64,000 bases of DNA from Takakia lepidozioides (Eukaryota > Plantae > Bryophyta), in assembly GCA_030704615.1 (NCBI GenBank), contig CM060732.1, forward strand, positions 10,726,001 to 10,790,000, in the 5' to 3' direction. Shown piece after piece: positions 38,664-51,445 of the stretch; position 1 is the stretch's first letter, and every line of letters begins with the position of its first letter. The position numbers were made by a program, and so were the translations under genes. Under the pieces are notes generated by a model. It did no database searches, had not been told where the DNA came from, and saw only the letters and a program-made list of their open reading frames with translations.

Positions 38664-40027
38664 GTGGAGAGGGGGAAAGTGTCAGTACGAGCACTAGCGA
38701 TACTAGCGGGTATACGAGACGAGGTGTGGTTTAGGCCACCTTCACCTCCTGTGTCTTCTACGGAAGGTTCTGATTCGGATTGTAAATCAGGAGGACTCAC
38801 ACCGGCGGTGCAAGTTGTTTCATTGCCATTATTGTGGGACACAATGGAGGAGATGTATGGAGCCACCAAGGGGCCACGTAGGTACTCTGGGGCGGTGGGC
38901 ACCATTGAGTTGGATGATTTTATCCAAGAGTTTGATAGTTGGTGTGACTTGCAGCAAATGCGCAATCCACAACTGTCTACGCCTTTTATGGCATGGAAGG
39001 GGTTGTTTCAGCACCTTGAGGGGCCGCCCATGGATGATTACCATGAGTTTAGGCGGGGGCACGATGTTGAGGTCGAGGAGTGGAGGATGTACTGGTCACC
39101 CGACTATGTCTCCATCACTAGAGGCACTAGAGCCACAAGGGCAGCAGCCACATCGGCAGTTGCACCAGCAGCAGCAGCTACAACAACAGCTTCCACGAGC
39201 AGTAGTGGGACTAGTGGTACAGCAATTACGACGTCCACCCAAGCTACTACTGCACCAGCACCAGTGGCAATGCCTGCCTTCAACCCTGTTGTGGAGTTCT
39301 TCGAAGAGTTGAGAAGGAACTACCAAGGGGTGAGGACAGAGAAGTTGAGGAGCTTGCAAGAGTTCCAACGGAAGCCTACTGAGAGCTTGAGGGAGGCTTT
39401 CACTCGCATGAGGCGCTTGATTAATGTAACCCAAGGGGTTACGGAGGCTCAGGCAGTCCAGTTCTGGTACGGGATATTGGACAAGGAGCTGAGGAGAAGG
39501 GTGCGGGATGCAACTCTCCTACAAGTGGCCCAACCCACCTTAGCAAATGTGTTTTTGCTGGCAGAACGGATAGAACTCAACATGGTGGAGGAACAAGTGG
39601 TCATGGTGAGATTTGCTAAGGAGGCACCACAAGGTAGTGGTGTTCTTAGCCAAGCACTACCTCAACATGCTCAAGGCAACAAGAGGGCTCAGGTGAAGCC
39701 CAGGGAAGGACAGAGAGGACCTCAGATGCAGGGGTCTCTCCCTTCATTTGCTGGCCAACAACGGGCGGATTTGGTGTGTTGGACATGTGGAGGACCCCAT
39801 GTCAAGAAGGATTGCCCAGAGGGAGGCAATGGTTTGGCACCGGCACAGCCTGCACAGTTGCAGTGTGGGCATTGTGGCAAGTACGGGCATGGAGAGGTTC
39901 AGTGCTATGGTTTGCATCCTGAGTTACGCCCAGGCCAGTTCCAAGGGAACAATGGTGGCCGGGTCGAGGTGGAGCAGCCTAGAGAGGACGAGGTGGCCAG
40001 GCACGAGGTGCAGGTCAAGGGCAAGCT
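38664..40027 (+). pseudogene. Gypsy gag with two Zn knuckles, truncated by a rearrangement
   Basis: FQRKPTESLREAFTRM (gag MHR-like), CWTCGGPHVKKDC, CGHCGKYGHGEVQC. Confidence 0.75.
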
Positions 40028-41583
40028 CAACATGGCCAAGCAAGGCATTCCTGGAAAAACACATACTGGGTGAAGGGGATGCGGCACAACCAATGCTGGA
40101 CGCAGATTCGCTTGATGCAGTGATCGACCATTTCTCCGTGTTGAACTCTCCAAATATTCAAAACCAGGTGAATGCACTCAGAATGGGCACAGGCAGTATA
40201 GGATTCATGGACAACATTATGGACCTCAAACGGAGGAGTCGCTATGAATTCATTCAAAACAGTATCTTCCTGGCCAGGGCTCGTTCAAGGTGTATTTGTT
40301 CAAGATGTCCACAGTGGGCGAAGGCAGTGGTGTTAGCATTGTCCGCCGAATGCAACCTGGAGGAGATTTGGCAAAATGTTGGTTAATGTTTGATCACTGC
40401 AAACGGGTGAAGGGTTGGACAACCATGGCTTGCCATGTGTACAATCCAGTGTACCAGCGTGTGCTTTCCATAACAACTTGTGATATGCAGTCGGAGGACA
40501 CTGAATCCCAAATGCTGATGTGGAATTCTCTCCTAGGCATCATGCAATGCAATGGAATGCAAAACACAAATTTTGCGGGGTTCATGGCTGATAGTGCACA
40601 GGCAAATTTCAATGCAGTGCGGCGAGTCTTTAGATGGGGGGATCCTAAAGTGCCAATGGAAAATAGGGAGCGCACATGCCTCTTCCATTGGAGTCAATCT
40701 TTGGCACGTCATACAAAGCGCTGCATTCGACCTGACCTTCAGTTGGAGCATAGAAGGCTCTGCCTCAAGTACAAAAATGCCACCTCAATGGGAGAAGCTG
40801 AGAGCACTTACCAAGCAATCCGGGCTTGGTGGTTCTCCTCTGGTGCTGCTACTGGGATCCAGCTGAAGGAGTTGGAGGACTGGTTGGATTTCTAGCACTT
40901 CAAGTACAGACAGTGGGGAGCTTTCATGACGACAGTAAGCCTCTTCAATCCCAGAAACACAAATTTCACTTTGCATCGTGCATGTTCCAATTCCTTTGGG
41001 GTTGTTGGATTGTCACTTGCAGAACCTCTGCCATTTCCTTTCGTTCCTCACATTTGCGTGCATTGCCTCCTTCAGGACATGTCCTTGGAGGACTTGGCCG
41101 ACATGCCTTCATGTAATTTGGCAGAGACTGTTCACAACGCCTGGATGCAGCAGTCTACCAAAGCAGGACGTGACTTGTATGTTGCCACTGTAGATGACAT
41201 GGTGCGGGCACTTACACAACAAACCAGATACCGGAATTTTTCTGATGGGATGGGGCGGAGGCAAGGGCCCTGATACGACATTGTTGATGCTAAGGGCTGC
41301 AAGTAGGTCCGGAGACCCTTCGAAGATGGCGAGAGCTCTGAACAGGTGGACTGAAGGCTCCCCTTTGCAATCCAGGGTCCCCTATTTGGAAGGCGAGGAA
41401 ACATTTGGATCATGCAAAAGGAAATTGAACACTCCTCCAGGGTCGGATGGAGATTCCCACCGCCCCGACAGGGTCAATTTCTCAGTACCAAAGGTGTCTC
41501 CGGTGCATACTAAGTCATGTGCCCGCCCCTTCCCAGGTGGGTCCTCTTCCAGTGGAGCAGGTGCAAATCATGCAAGCACAGCA
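40028..41583 (+). pseudogene. Mutator-like (MULE) DDE transposase, catalytic-domain fragment with one intron (~40935-41075)
   Basis: WLMFDH (D1), FAGFMADSA (D2), CLFHW (CxxH), PSCNLAETVH (E). Confidence 0.8.
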
Positions 41584-41756
41584 GCACCGGCACAGCCTGC
41601 ACAGTTGCAGTGTGGGCATTGTGGCAAGGACGGGCATGGAGAGGTTCAGCGCTATGGTTTGCATCCTGAGTTACGCCTAGGCCAGTTCCAAGGGAACAAT
41701 GGTGGCCGGGTCGAGGTGGAGCAGCCTAGAGAGGACGAGGTGGCCAGGCACGAGGT

Positions 41757-43829
41757 AGCAACAAATTTGGTAGTGTAGTGAGATAGACTCTGCATCCAAT
41801 GGAATCCATAGGATCTCTCTTTCCCCTCCATTGGAACATTGGGGTCCTCACCGTACACACGCCGCACCATTGCCCAGTTGGCCTGAGCATTGTCTGCCAT
41901 GAATCCCCTGAAATTGGGCTTTGCCAATCCCGCCCTTGCCATCTGCTCGTTTATGCCCTCCCACAGATGCATCTCCGACTGTGTGTCCTCCCCTTTCATC
42001 TCACAGATTGCAATCGTCATGAGCCTCTGCGAGTGATAGTCATAAACATGCGCACCCATAGTCACCCACTGATGGTTTGTAATTCGCTTGATGTGATAAA
42101 ACATCACCCAAGCATTCGACAAGTTTCCAGTTGTCATGCGAGTGACCAAGTCGACTCTACTCCCAAGCCCCACACGTCGACATTCACCTCCAAGATTGAG
42201 TGCATGTCCGACCCCCGGCCGAACTCCTGCTTGCAAGATATGATGTGATTCCACACATTCGGACTACAAACGTGCGAGACGGACTCCAACAGGTCAAGCA
42301 TCTCCTCTTTCGTTCAAGGGCACTTGGTCTGAACCATCTTCAGACATGATTTTGCCAAGAGCAATCTTGTGGGCTGCCTTCAGCTGAATCTGCTTTGGTC
42401 TGGCTCCGGGGCTCAATTTCACCTCCTCTTTTATGATGTCATGTGCTTCCTGCACAGCCTCACGCATGTTGCCTCTCGCCAAGGGATGGCAGTGGACCCC
42501 AGCGTGTATGCAAGCTCTAGTCAAGTCCGGGAGCAAATCGATTACGTAATATTGCTTGGCTCTACACATGGACATGCACGTCGGTGGTTCTTTGCTATGT
42601 GCGCATTTGAAAGTACCCGCAGGAGCTTGGCTGGAGACAATGAATGGATGATGGGTTGTGCCAGTCCAATCCGTCTCGTTTCTCCGCCCTCCTTTGGAAA
42701 GAAAGTGGAAGCAGGCAGGATTGAGGCACCTCAGCTTCCCCGCACAGAGGACGTATCGTACACAAACACCATCAACAATTTTCATGCTACTTGTCTTCGT
42801 CACACACCAGGGGTGTCCGTCATGCTTTCGATCCATGTCTGTTAACATCCCTGAGGCTTTGTTTGACGAAGTAATAGGTGGAAACTCAAAGATGACATTG
42901 CCATCGACTTCGGGAGGCAGATACGTTACCTTCCTGACTGGAAATTTGGCATAGTCGAGAGCATGCAGCTCGGAGCGAGAACCATCGAGGTGATGTTGCC
43001 GTAGGAGCTGCACAATGGACCGGGTTGGAGTTATGCTCGAGGGTACATGCGTAGCACCTGCAAAGACGTCCATGTCGGGTTTGAACGACCGTGTGGAGGA
43101 CATGGGGACCTCAATGCACTCATATTCCTCATCTGAAATGTCGAATACGTCCACACGAGAAGCTATGGAGGGTCTTGACGGTCCAGGTCGGGAATGATTA
43201 TCGTTGCATACCTCTCTGTTGGCAGTGGCCGCCTGTCGGTTTCCCGACTCCTTTGTGGATGGTGTGGGCAGCGACTGATTCGGAAAGGGAATGGGCATTC
43301 CCACATCTCGGTACAGGATGGTGTCTGATGGGGGTACGTACCATTCGATTCCGCAACCTCCGTCGTTACCTAGCACGACAATGGTCTTGTCAACCTGTCC
43401 AGGAACATCCTTCCTTTCTTCTTCCAAATAAACTGTGCCCGGTTTGAGCTTGAATTTGGAACAAAGGTAAGTTTCAGTCACTCTGCAAAGTCCTCCCTCG
43501 TTTGGGATCCAGGCTCTCCCAAGTTGCGGAGGACAACAAACTATAGGAATTCGGAGCCATCGAACACCGCACGAAGTTGGCAAGTGCGAGGTTCAGTATA
43601 GCGACAGACCAAGGCTCACAGGCACCATCTAAGTGGATCTGCGGAGTCCATCGACGATTGGAAGTCGCACATTGAAGTGGAAAGTATTGTTTCAAGCTAC
43701 AAGCATGAAGGTGGGAGGTGTGATTCCATATCTAGCAAGTATGACAATGATGGCCGATTCGGCGACGAAATAACATTTCCTGACAGTTTCTCCTGAGGGT
43801 GGATCAACCAGTATTCGCGGTGCAGACAT
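41757..43829 (-). pseudogene. MULE-like transposase with an N-terminal GCM/WRKY-type Zn-binding domain (damaged, 3'-truncated)
   Basis: DGHPW..CAGKLRCLNPAC..C..C...CRAKQYY..CIHAGVHCHP, followed by WVMFYH, FRGFMADNAQAN and YGFHW; paralogous to 40028-41583. Confidence 0.75.
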
Positions 43830-43949
43830 GAACGTTCGCACTGACAAGTGCCAGGACTGGTAGTTAAAACGGTTAGACAACCAAGTTGTGCTCATTAAGA
43901 CAGACCGCAATTGTGTTGTTTCGGAACAATGCAACCCATTGAACATGGC

Positions 43950-46900
43950 TGAACGGGAATGCGGTCCCGCATCTCAGTTCGACATGAACCTCTCGTTGAT
44001 TGTGCTCGGAAATGAGACACCGCATTTCCGTCAACAGAGAAACCAAAATACTGGTGCAACGGAAATGCGGTAGCACATTTGAGTCCACTGTAAAAGCAGG
44101 CCCATGGTCGAACGGAAATGTGGTATCGCATTTAGGTCCAACGGGACTAGGAACACACGGTAGAAATAATTGCGACAACGCATTTTCATCGCCTAGGACA
44201 ATTTGGATAGGAAGGAACGGAAAAGCGGTGCCGAATTCCGTCCGGTCTCTTTCAATGGAATCCAGTGGACACAAATGAGGTTCCGCATTTCCGTCCGGTG
44301 TGTTACTTTCGATTGCTGTTGGACGGAAATACGGCGCCACATTTCCGTTTTGCATCTTAGTCATGCACCAGTGCGACGGAAATGCGGCACCGCATTTCCG
44401 TCCAGGGGAAACCTTTATACTCTCCAAAACGGAAATGCGGTGCCGCATTTCCATCCAACAAGTACGGTATGTGACAGTGGAACGGAAATGCGGTACCACT
44501 TTTCCATTCTGATTGAAAATCATGAACTATTCGAACTAAAATGCGGCACAACATTTTCGTACGAGTCGCACCTTCCGACATTCCACAACGGAAATGCGGC
44601 GCCACATTTCCGTTTTGTATCTCAGGCATGGAGATGTGGGACGGAAATGCGGCACATCATTTTCGTTCAACAACTAAGGAATGGAAGAAAGAATCGAAAT
44701 GCGGTACCGCATTCCCGTTCTGATTGAAAATCATGAACCACTGGAACTGAAATGCGGCACCGCATTTTCGTCCGAGTCGCACCTTCCGACATTCCAGAAC
44801 GGAAATGCAGCACCGCATTTCCGTTTTGTATCTGTGGCATAGAGCTGTGGGAGGGAAATGCGGTGCCGCATTTCCATCCGGGGAGACCTTCATACTCTCC
44901 AGAACGGAAATACGGTACCACACTTCGGTCCCACAGCAAAAATCGTGAACAAAAATCCCGTTCTGACTGAAAATCGTGAACCACCGGAACTGAAATGCAG
45001 CACCGCATTTCCGTCCGAGTCGCCTTCCGACATTCCAGAACGGAAATGCGGCGACGCATTTCCGTTTTGTATGTGTGGCGGGGAGCTGTGGGACGGAAAT
45101 GTTGCAATGCATTTCCGTCCGGGGGATACCTTCATACTCTCCAGAACGGAAATGCGGTACCGCATTTCCATTTTGACTGAAAATTGTGAACCACTGGAAC
45201 TGAAATGCAGCACTGCATTTCCGTCCGAGTCGCACCTTCCGACATTCCAAAACGGAAATGCGGCGCCGCATTTCCGTTTTGTATCTCAGGCATGGAGCTG
45301 TGGGACGGAAATGCGGCACCGCATTTCCGTTCGGGTGAGACCTTCATACTCTCCAGAACGGAAATGCGGCACAATATTTCTGTTCAACAACTAAGGTACG
45401 TGAAGGTGGAATGGAAATGCGGTACCGCATTTTCGTTCTGATTGAAAATCATGAACCACTGGAACTGAAATGCGGCACCGCATTTCCGTCCGAGTCGCCT
45501 TCCGACATTCCAGAACGGAAATGCGGCGCCACATTGCCGTTTTTTATCTGTGGCGTGGAGCTGTGGGACGGAAATGCGGCACTGCATTTCCGTCCGGGGG
45601 AGACCTTCATACTCTCCAGAACGGAAATGCGATACCGCATTTCCGTTCTGACTGAAAATCGTGAATCACCGGAACTGAAATGCAGCACCGCATTTCCGTC
45701 CGAGTCGCCTTCCGAAATTCCAGAACGGAAATGCGGCGCCGCATTTCCGTTTTGTATCTAGGCGTGGAGCTGTGGGACGGAAATGCAGCACTGCATTTCA
45801 GTCCGGGGGAGACCTTCATACTCTCCAGAACGGAAATGCGGTACCGCATTTCCATTTTGACTGAAAATCGTGAACCACTGGAACTGAAATGCGGCACTGC
45901 ATTTCCGTCCGAGGCGCACCTTCCGACATTCCAGAACGGAAATGCGGCGCCACATTTCCGTTTTATATCTCAGGCATGGAGCTATGGGACGGAAATGCGG
46001 CACAACATTTCTGTTCAACAACTAAGGTATGTGAAGGTGGAATGGAAATGTTGTACCGCATTTCCGTTCTGATTGAAAATCATGAACCACTGGAACTGAA
46101 ATGCGGCACCGCATTTCCGTTCGAGTCGCACCTTCCGACATTCCAGAACGGAAATGTGGCACCGCATTTCCGATTTGTATCTGTGGCATGGAGCCGTCGG
46201 AGGGAAATGCGGTGCCACATTTCCGTCCGGGGGAGACCTTCATACTCTCCAGAACAAAAATACGGTACTGCATTTCCGTCCCACAGCGAAAATCGTGAAC
46301 CACCGGAACTAAAATGCGGCACTGCATTTCCGTCCGAGTTACACCTTCCGACATTCTTGAACGGAAATGCGGCGCCGCATTACCGTTTTATATCAGAGGC
46401 ATGGAGCTGTGGGACGGAAATGCGGCACCGCATTTCCGTCTGGGGGTGACCTTCATACTCTCCAGAACGGAAATGCGGTACCGCATTTCCGTCCCACAGC
46501 GAAAATCTTGAACCACCGGAACTGAAATGCGGCACTGCATTTCCGTCCGAGTCGCACCTTCCGACATTCCAGAACGGAAATGCGGCGCCGCATTTCCATT
46601 TTCTATCTTAGGCATGGAGCTGTGGGACGGAATTGCGGCTCCGCATTTTCGTCCAGGGGAGACCTTCATACTCTCCAGAACGGAAATGCGGTACCGCATT
46701 TCCGTTTTGATTGAAAATCGTGAAGCATTGGAACAGAAATGCGGCACCGCATTTCCGTCCGAGTCGCCTTCCCACATTCCAGAACGGAAATGTAGCGCCA
46801 CATTTCCGTTTTGTATCTGTGGCGTTGAGGATTGGGACGGAAATGCGGCACTGCATTTCCGTCCAGGGGAGACCTTCATACTCTCTAGAACGGAAATGTT

Positions 46901-48300
46901 GTACCGCATTTCCATTTTGACTGAAACGCAACATGGCCAAGCAAGGCATTCCTGGAAAAACACATACTGGGTGAAGGGGATGCGGCACAACCAATGCTGG
47001 ACGCAGATTCGCTTGATGCAATGATCGACCATTTCTCCGTGTTGAGCTCTCCAAATATTCGAAACCAGGTGAATGTACTCAAAATGGGCACAGGCAGTAT
47101 AGGATTCATGGACAACATTATGGACCTCAAACGGAGCAGTCGCTATGAATTCATTCAAAACAGTATCTTCCTGGCCAGGGCTCGTTCAAGGTATATTTGT
47201 TCAAGATGTCCACACTGGGCGAAGGCAGTGGTGTTAGCATTGTCCGCCGAATGCAACCTGGAGGAGATTTGGCAATATGTTGGTTAATGTTTGATCACTG
47301 CAAACGGGTGAAGGGTTGGACAACCATGGCTTGCCATGTGTACAATCCTGTGTACACGGAAATGCTGTGCCACATTTCAATTCTGGTGGTTCACGATTTT
47401 TGCTATGGGACCGAAGTGCGGTACCGTATTTCCGTTCTGGAGAGTATGAAGGTCTCCCCGGACGGAAATGCGGCACCGCATTTCCCTCCCACGGCTCCAT
47501 GCCACAGATACAAAACGGAAATGCGGTGCCGCATTTCCGTTCTGGAATGTCGGAAGGTGCGACTCGGACGGAAATGCGGTGCAGCATTTCAGTTCCACCT
47601 TCCAACATTCAAGAACGGAAATGCGGCGCCGCATTTCCGTTTCATATCTGAGGCATAGAGCTGAGGGACGGAAATGTGACACCGCATTTCCGTCCGGGGG
47701 AGACCTTCATACTCTCCAGAACGGAAATGTGGTACCGCATTTCCGTCCGACAGCGAAAATCGTGAACCACCGGAACTGAAATGCGGCACCGCATTTTCGT
47801 CCGAGTCGCTACTTTCGACATTCCAGAACGGAAATGCGGCGCCGCATTTACATTTTCTATCTTAGGCATGGAGATGTGGGACGGAAATGCAGCTCCGCAT
47901 TTCCGTTCGGGGGACAGCTTCATACTCTCCAGATCGGAAATGCGGTACCACATTTCCGTTCTGACTGAAAATCGTGAACCACCGGAACTGAAATGCGGCA
48001 CCGCATTTCCGTCCGAGTCGCCTTCCGACATTCTAGAACGGAAATGCGGCGCCCCATTTCGGTTTTGTATCTGTGGCGTGGAGCTGTGGGACGGAAATGC
48101 GGCACTGCATTTCCGTCCGGGGGAGAGCTTCATACTCTCCAGAACGGAAATGCGGTACCGCATTTCCTTTCTAACTGAAAATCGTGAACCACCGGAACTG
48201 AAATGCAGCACTGCATTTCCGTCCGAGTCGCCTTCCGACATTCCAGAATGGAAATGCGGCGCCGCATTTCCGATTTGAATCTGTGGCGTGGAGCTGTGGG
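43950..48300. repeat. Array 1: ~70 copies of the 26-bp palindrome ACGGAAATGCGG-NN-CCGCATTTCCGT separated by 25-27-bp spacers of 4-5 recurring types
   Basis: Consecutive unit starts at 45252, 45305, 45358, 45411, 45464 (53-bp pitch); degenerate units with unique spacers at 43950-44375; interrupted at 46929-47355; locally inverted at ~47356-47595. Confidence 0.95.
46929..47355 (+). pseudogene. Duplicate of MULE transposase segment 40028-40454 inserted in array 1
   Basis: Near-identical sequence starting at the same CAACATGGCCAAG breakpoint. Confidence 0.9.
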
Positions 48301-48384
48301 ATGGTGTCAGCAGGTAAGGTGTTCCTCTAGGGGCTTTTTGTAGTTATCACTGCCATAGTTAGTTTACTGTCAGAAGCACAAAGC

Positions 48385-50225
48385 CTCCATCCCACGCCCT
48401 TGCTGTGCATATCCTGCAATCATCGCACTCCACGACACCACATTTTGTTCAGCCATACTGTCGAACACTCCCTTCATACATGTCCACCAAGGCAGTGTTC
48501 AGAATGACATCTAGTACAATTCCAGCTTTGACGATGTCATCATGGACCTCTTTCCCCTTTTCTAGGGCTGTCAGGCTTGCACACGCACTGCAAACGCACA
48601 CAACCGTGATGTCGTCGGGCTTCACCCCTTCTCCCATCATTTGCTCATAGGTCTCCAAAGCCTCCATCCCGTGCCCCTGCTGTGCCTACCCTGCAAGCAT
48701 CGCGTTCCACAGCACCACATCTCGTTCAGCCAGAGTGTTGAAAACTCCCTTCGCATCCTTCATGCACCCACATTTTGGCCTACATGTCCACCAGGGCAGT
48801 GTTCAAAATGACATCTGGTACAATTCCAGCTTTGACAATGTCATCATGGACCTCTTTCCCCTTTTCCAGGGCTCCCAGGCTTGCACACACATTGCAAACA
48901 CAAAGGAACATGATGTGGTTGGGCTTCACCCCTTTGCACATCATTTGCTCATAGGTCTCCAAAGCATTCGTACCACACCCATGCTTGGTAAATCCTCATC
49001 TCTGTTATCTGTTTTTGGATACTTTCCTGCTGCCACATCGGCAGTTACTTGTCAAAGTCATTCCAAACCACCACAGATCCACCCAACGGCTAACTTACAG
49101 AATTCAATATGCATCTCAGGGCCGAGTCTGATGAGAGGGCAAAACAGGCTGAAATAGGCTGGGCATATCCTGCAATCGTCGCATTCCACGACACCACATT
49201 TCGTTCAGCCACATTGTCAAATACTCCCTTTGCATCCTCCATACACCCACATTTCGCATACATATCCACCAGGGCAGTGTCCAGAATGACATTTGGTACA
49301 ATTCCAGCTTTGATGATGTTACCATGCACCTCTTTGCCCTTTTCCAGGGCTGCCAGGCTTGCACAAGCATTGCCAATGCACACAAACGTGATGTGGTTGC
49401 ACTTCACCCCTCCCCCCATCATTTGCTCATAGGTCTGCAAGGCCTGCATCACGCGCCCTTGTTGTGCATATCTTGCAAGCAGGGCGTTCCAGGACACCAA
49501 ATCTCGTTCAGCCATATTGTTGAACACTCCCTCCGCATCCTCAATGCTCCCATATTTGGCATACATGTCCACGATTGTATTGTTCAGAATCAGTGATCAC
49601 ATCTGGTACAATTCCAGCTTTGGAAATCATGCATGTATGCCATTTGGAAATCAGCTGAGCAGCTAAAAGATTTACCAAAAGCCTAGTATACCAACACGAA
49701 ACTGGCTTTTCTTTCTGAGAACAAAAGATCATGCATTGAGAATGGAAATGAACATGACCTTGTTGGGCTTTTGGCCTTCCCGTATCATCTGCTCATACAT
49801 CTCGAAAGCCTCGGTACCACACCCATGTTGGGCTGTGTTTCTATATGAACAAATGAAGTGCGAAGAGGTCCATGGTGACATCGTCAAATCTGGAATTGTA
49901 CCCGATCTCACTCTGAACACTGCCCTGGTGGACATGTATGTTAAATGTGGGTGCATCGAGGATGCAAATGGAGTGTTCGACAGTATGGCTGAACGTGATG
50001 TGGTGTTGTGGAGTGTGATGATTGCAGGATATGCACAGCAAAGGTGCAGGATGGAGGCTTTGGAGACATATGAGCAAATGATGTGCGAAGGGGTGAAAAC
50101 CAACCACATCACATTTGTTTGTGTTTGCAATGCGTGTGCAAGCCTGGGAACTCTGGAGGTCCATGGTAACATCGTTAAAGCTGGAATTGTACCAGATGTC
50201 ATCCTAAACACTGCCCTGGTGGACA
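48385..50225. pseudogene. Scrambled PLS-class PPR gene fragments (minus ~48385-49830, plus ~49840-50225)
   Basis: Repeated TALVDMYAKCG..A..VFD.MAERDVVSWN and M..EGVKP..ITFVCV..ACASL.ALEKGKEVH motifs with frameshifts and an orientation switch. Confidence 0.9.
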
Positions 50226-51445
50226 TTAGCCTTAGCTCTTCTGCTCCTCAATGCTGGAGGTGGAAATGGATTGGCCTTAAGGTATCAATAGCTGTATCCA
50301 AACAACCACGGCTGTGGATGAAAAGTTTTAGTTCAACACTGTTATTTTCAACTGCCTGCTGTTGTAACAGGAGCGGAAGCGTGGTTTGCATGGATGAATT
50401 CGGTCCCCATTACAGAATTGCAAGTGCTACATTTATATGCATGCCGCAGCCCAATTGACTCTTACAACTTGATTGTGCAGGCTTGAGCATTTCATGGATT
50501 TCAGATAGCAATTTAGAATATCCATTCTAGTATGTTCACTTCAATTTTTTGCTATATGAGATGGTGTGTACCTGTACTTTTGTGTCTGATTATTAAGTAT
50601 GGCTTAGTGTATTGCAATATTGTAGTGTTCGTAACACAAAGATGTATAGCCTTTTGCTGGAGACCTATATATCACAATGAGAAAGCAAGGTTGTTCAATG
50701 CAATTGAGACCATCCCCTGTGTGACCAAAAAGGTTGGGTGGTGCTAAGAGGTTGATGTTGGCTTGCGGGTGCCACATCATGTGCTTGTTGTTGGCCACGT
50801 CGAGCTCAACGGAGCGAGGGGGTGTCCAAGGGACAAATTGTTGATTCCCCGGGGTAGCGCCTGCTGCCCTGTCTTGTTCCTCATGTGACATTTCCACATG
50901 CTCATAGAAATCCTTCACCGCATCAATTTGGGGGCTGTTATTTCATGAGCCATGAGCCATGAGCAGAGTCGTAAGTGTCGAAAAAAACATGAGCAGGACT
51001 ATTTTCCAGAAATAAGTGTCCGCGGGAATAGGGTTGAGGGTGTCACGGTCATAGGGGGAGAAGGACCTCCCGATGAAGGAGGTTCGGCAATGTTTTTTAG
51101 AATTACCAATTGAAAGGCAATGTTTCGCGAATGGTAGGGTGGTACTGCTCTATAGAATGAGGGCCCATTTCAGCCTACCAGCCACTTGCAAGATCCACCC
51201 ACACTCCCAATCCCAAACGAAATGAGGAATGATGCATTCTGGGAACGATGGATACAGAATAGAACAAAAAGAGGGCACAACGGGATTTTTATTGATCCAC
51301 ATGAATTGCATTTGAAGCACGTCTACTGTGCTGATTGTGCAAACAAATCTTTAGCCCTGTGCCTTCTGAATACAAGTCACGTTGTCAATGGGACTTTGAC
51401 TGCTTTGAAAACTAGCTCATGAGTCATCGGGCTCCTCCAGGTAAA

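Noticed and set aside
43873-48278. Dozens of ORFs with repeated KCGTAFP / GNAAPHFR / TEMRCRISV peptides (also at 53.3-54.5 and 60-63 kb)
   Set aside because: These are translation artefacts of a stop-poor palindrome in all six frames; the 53-bp period is not a multiple of three.
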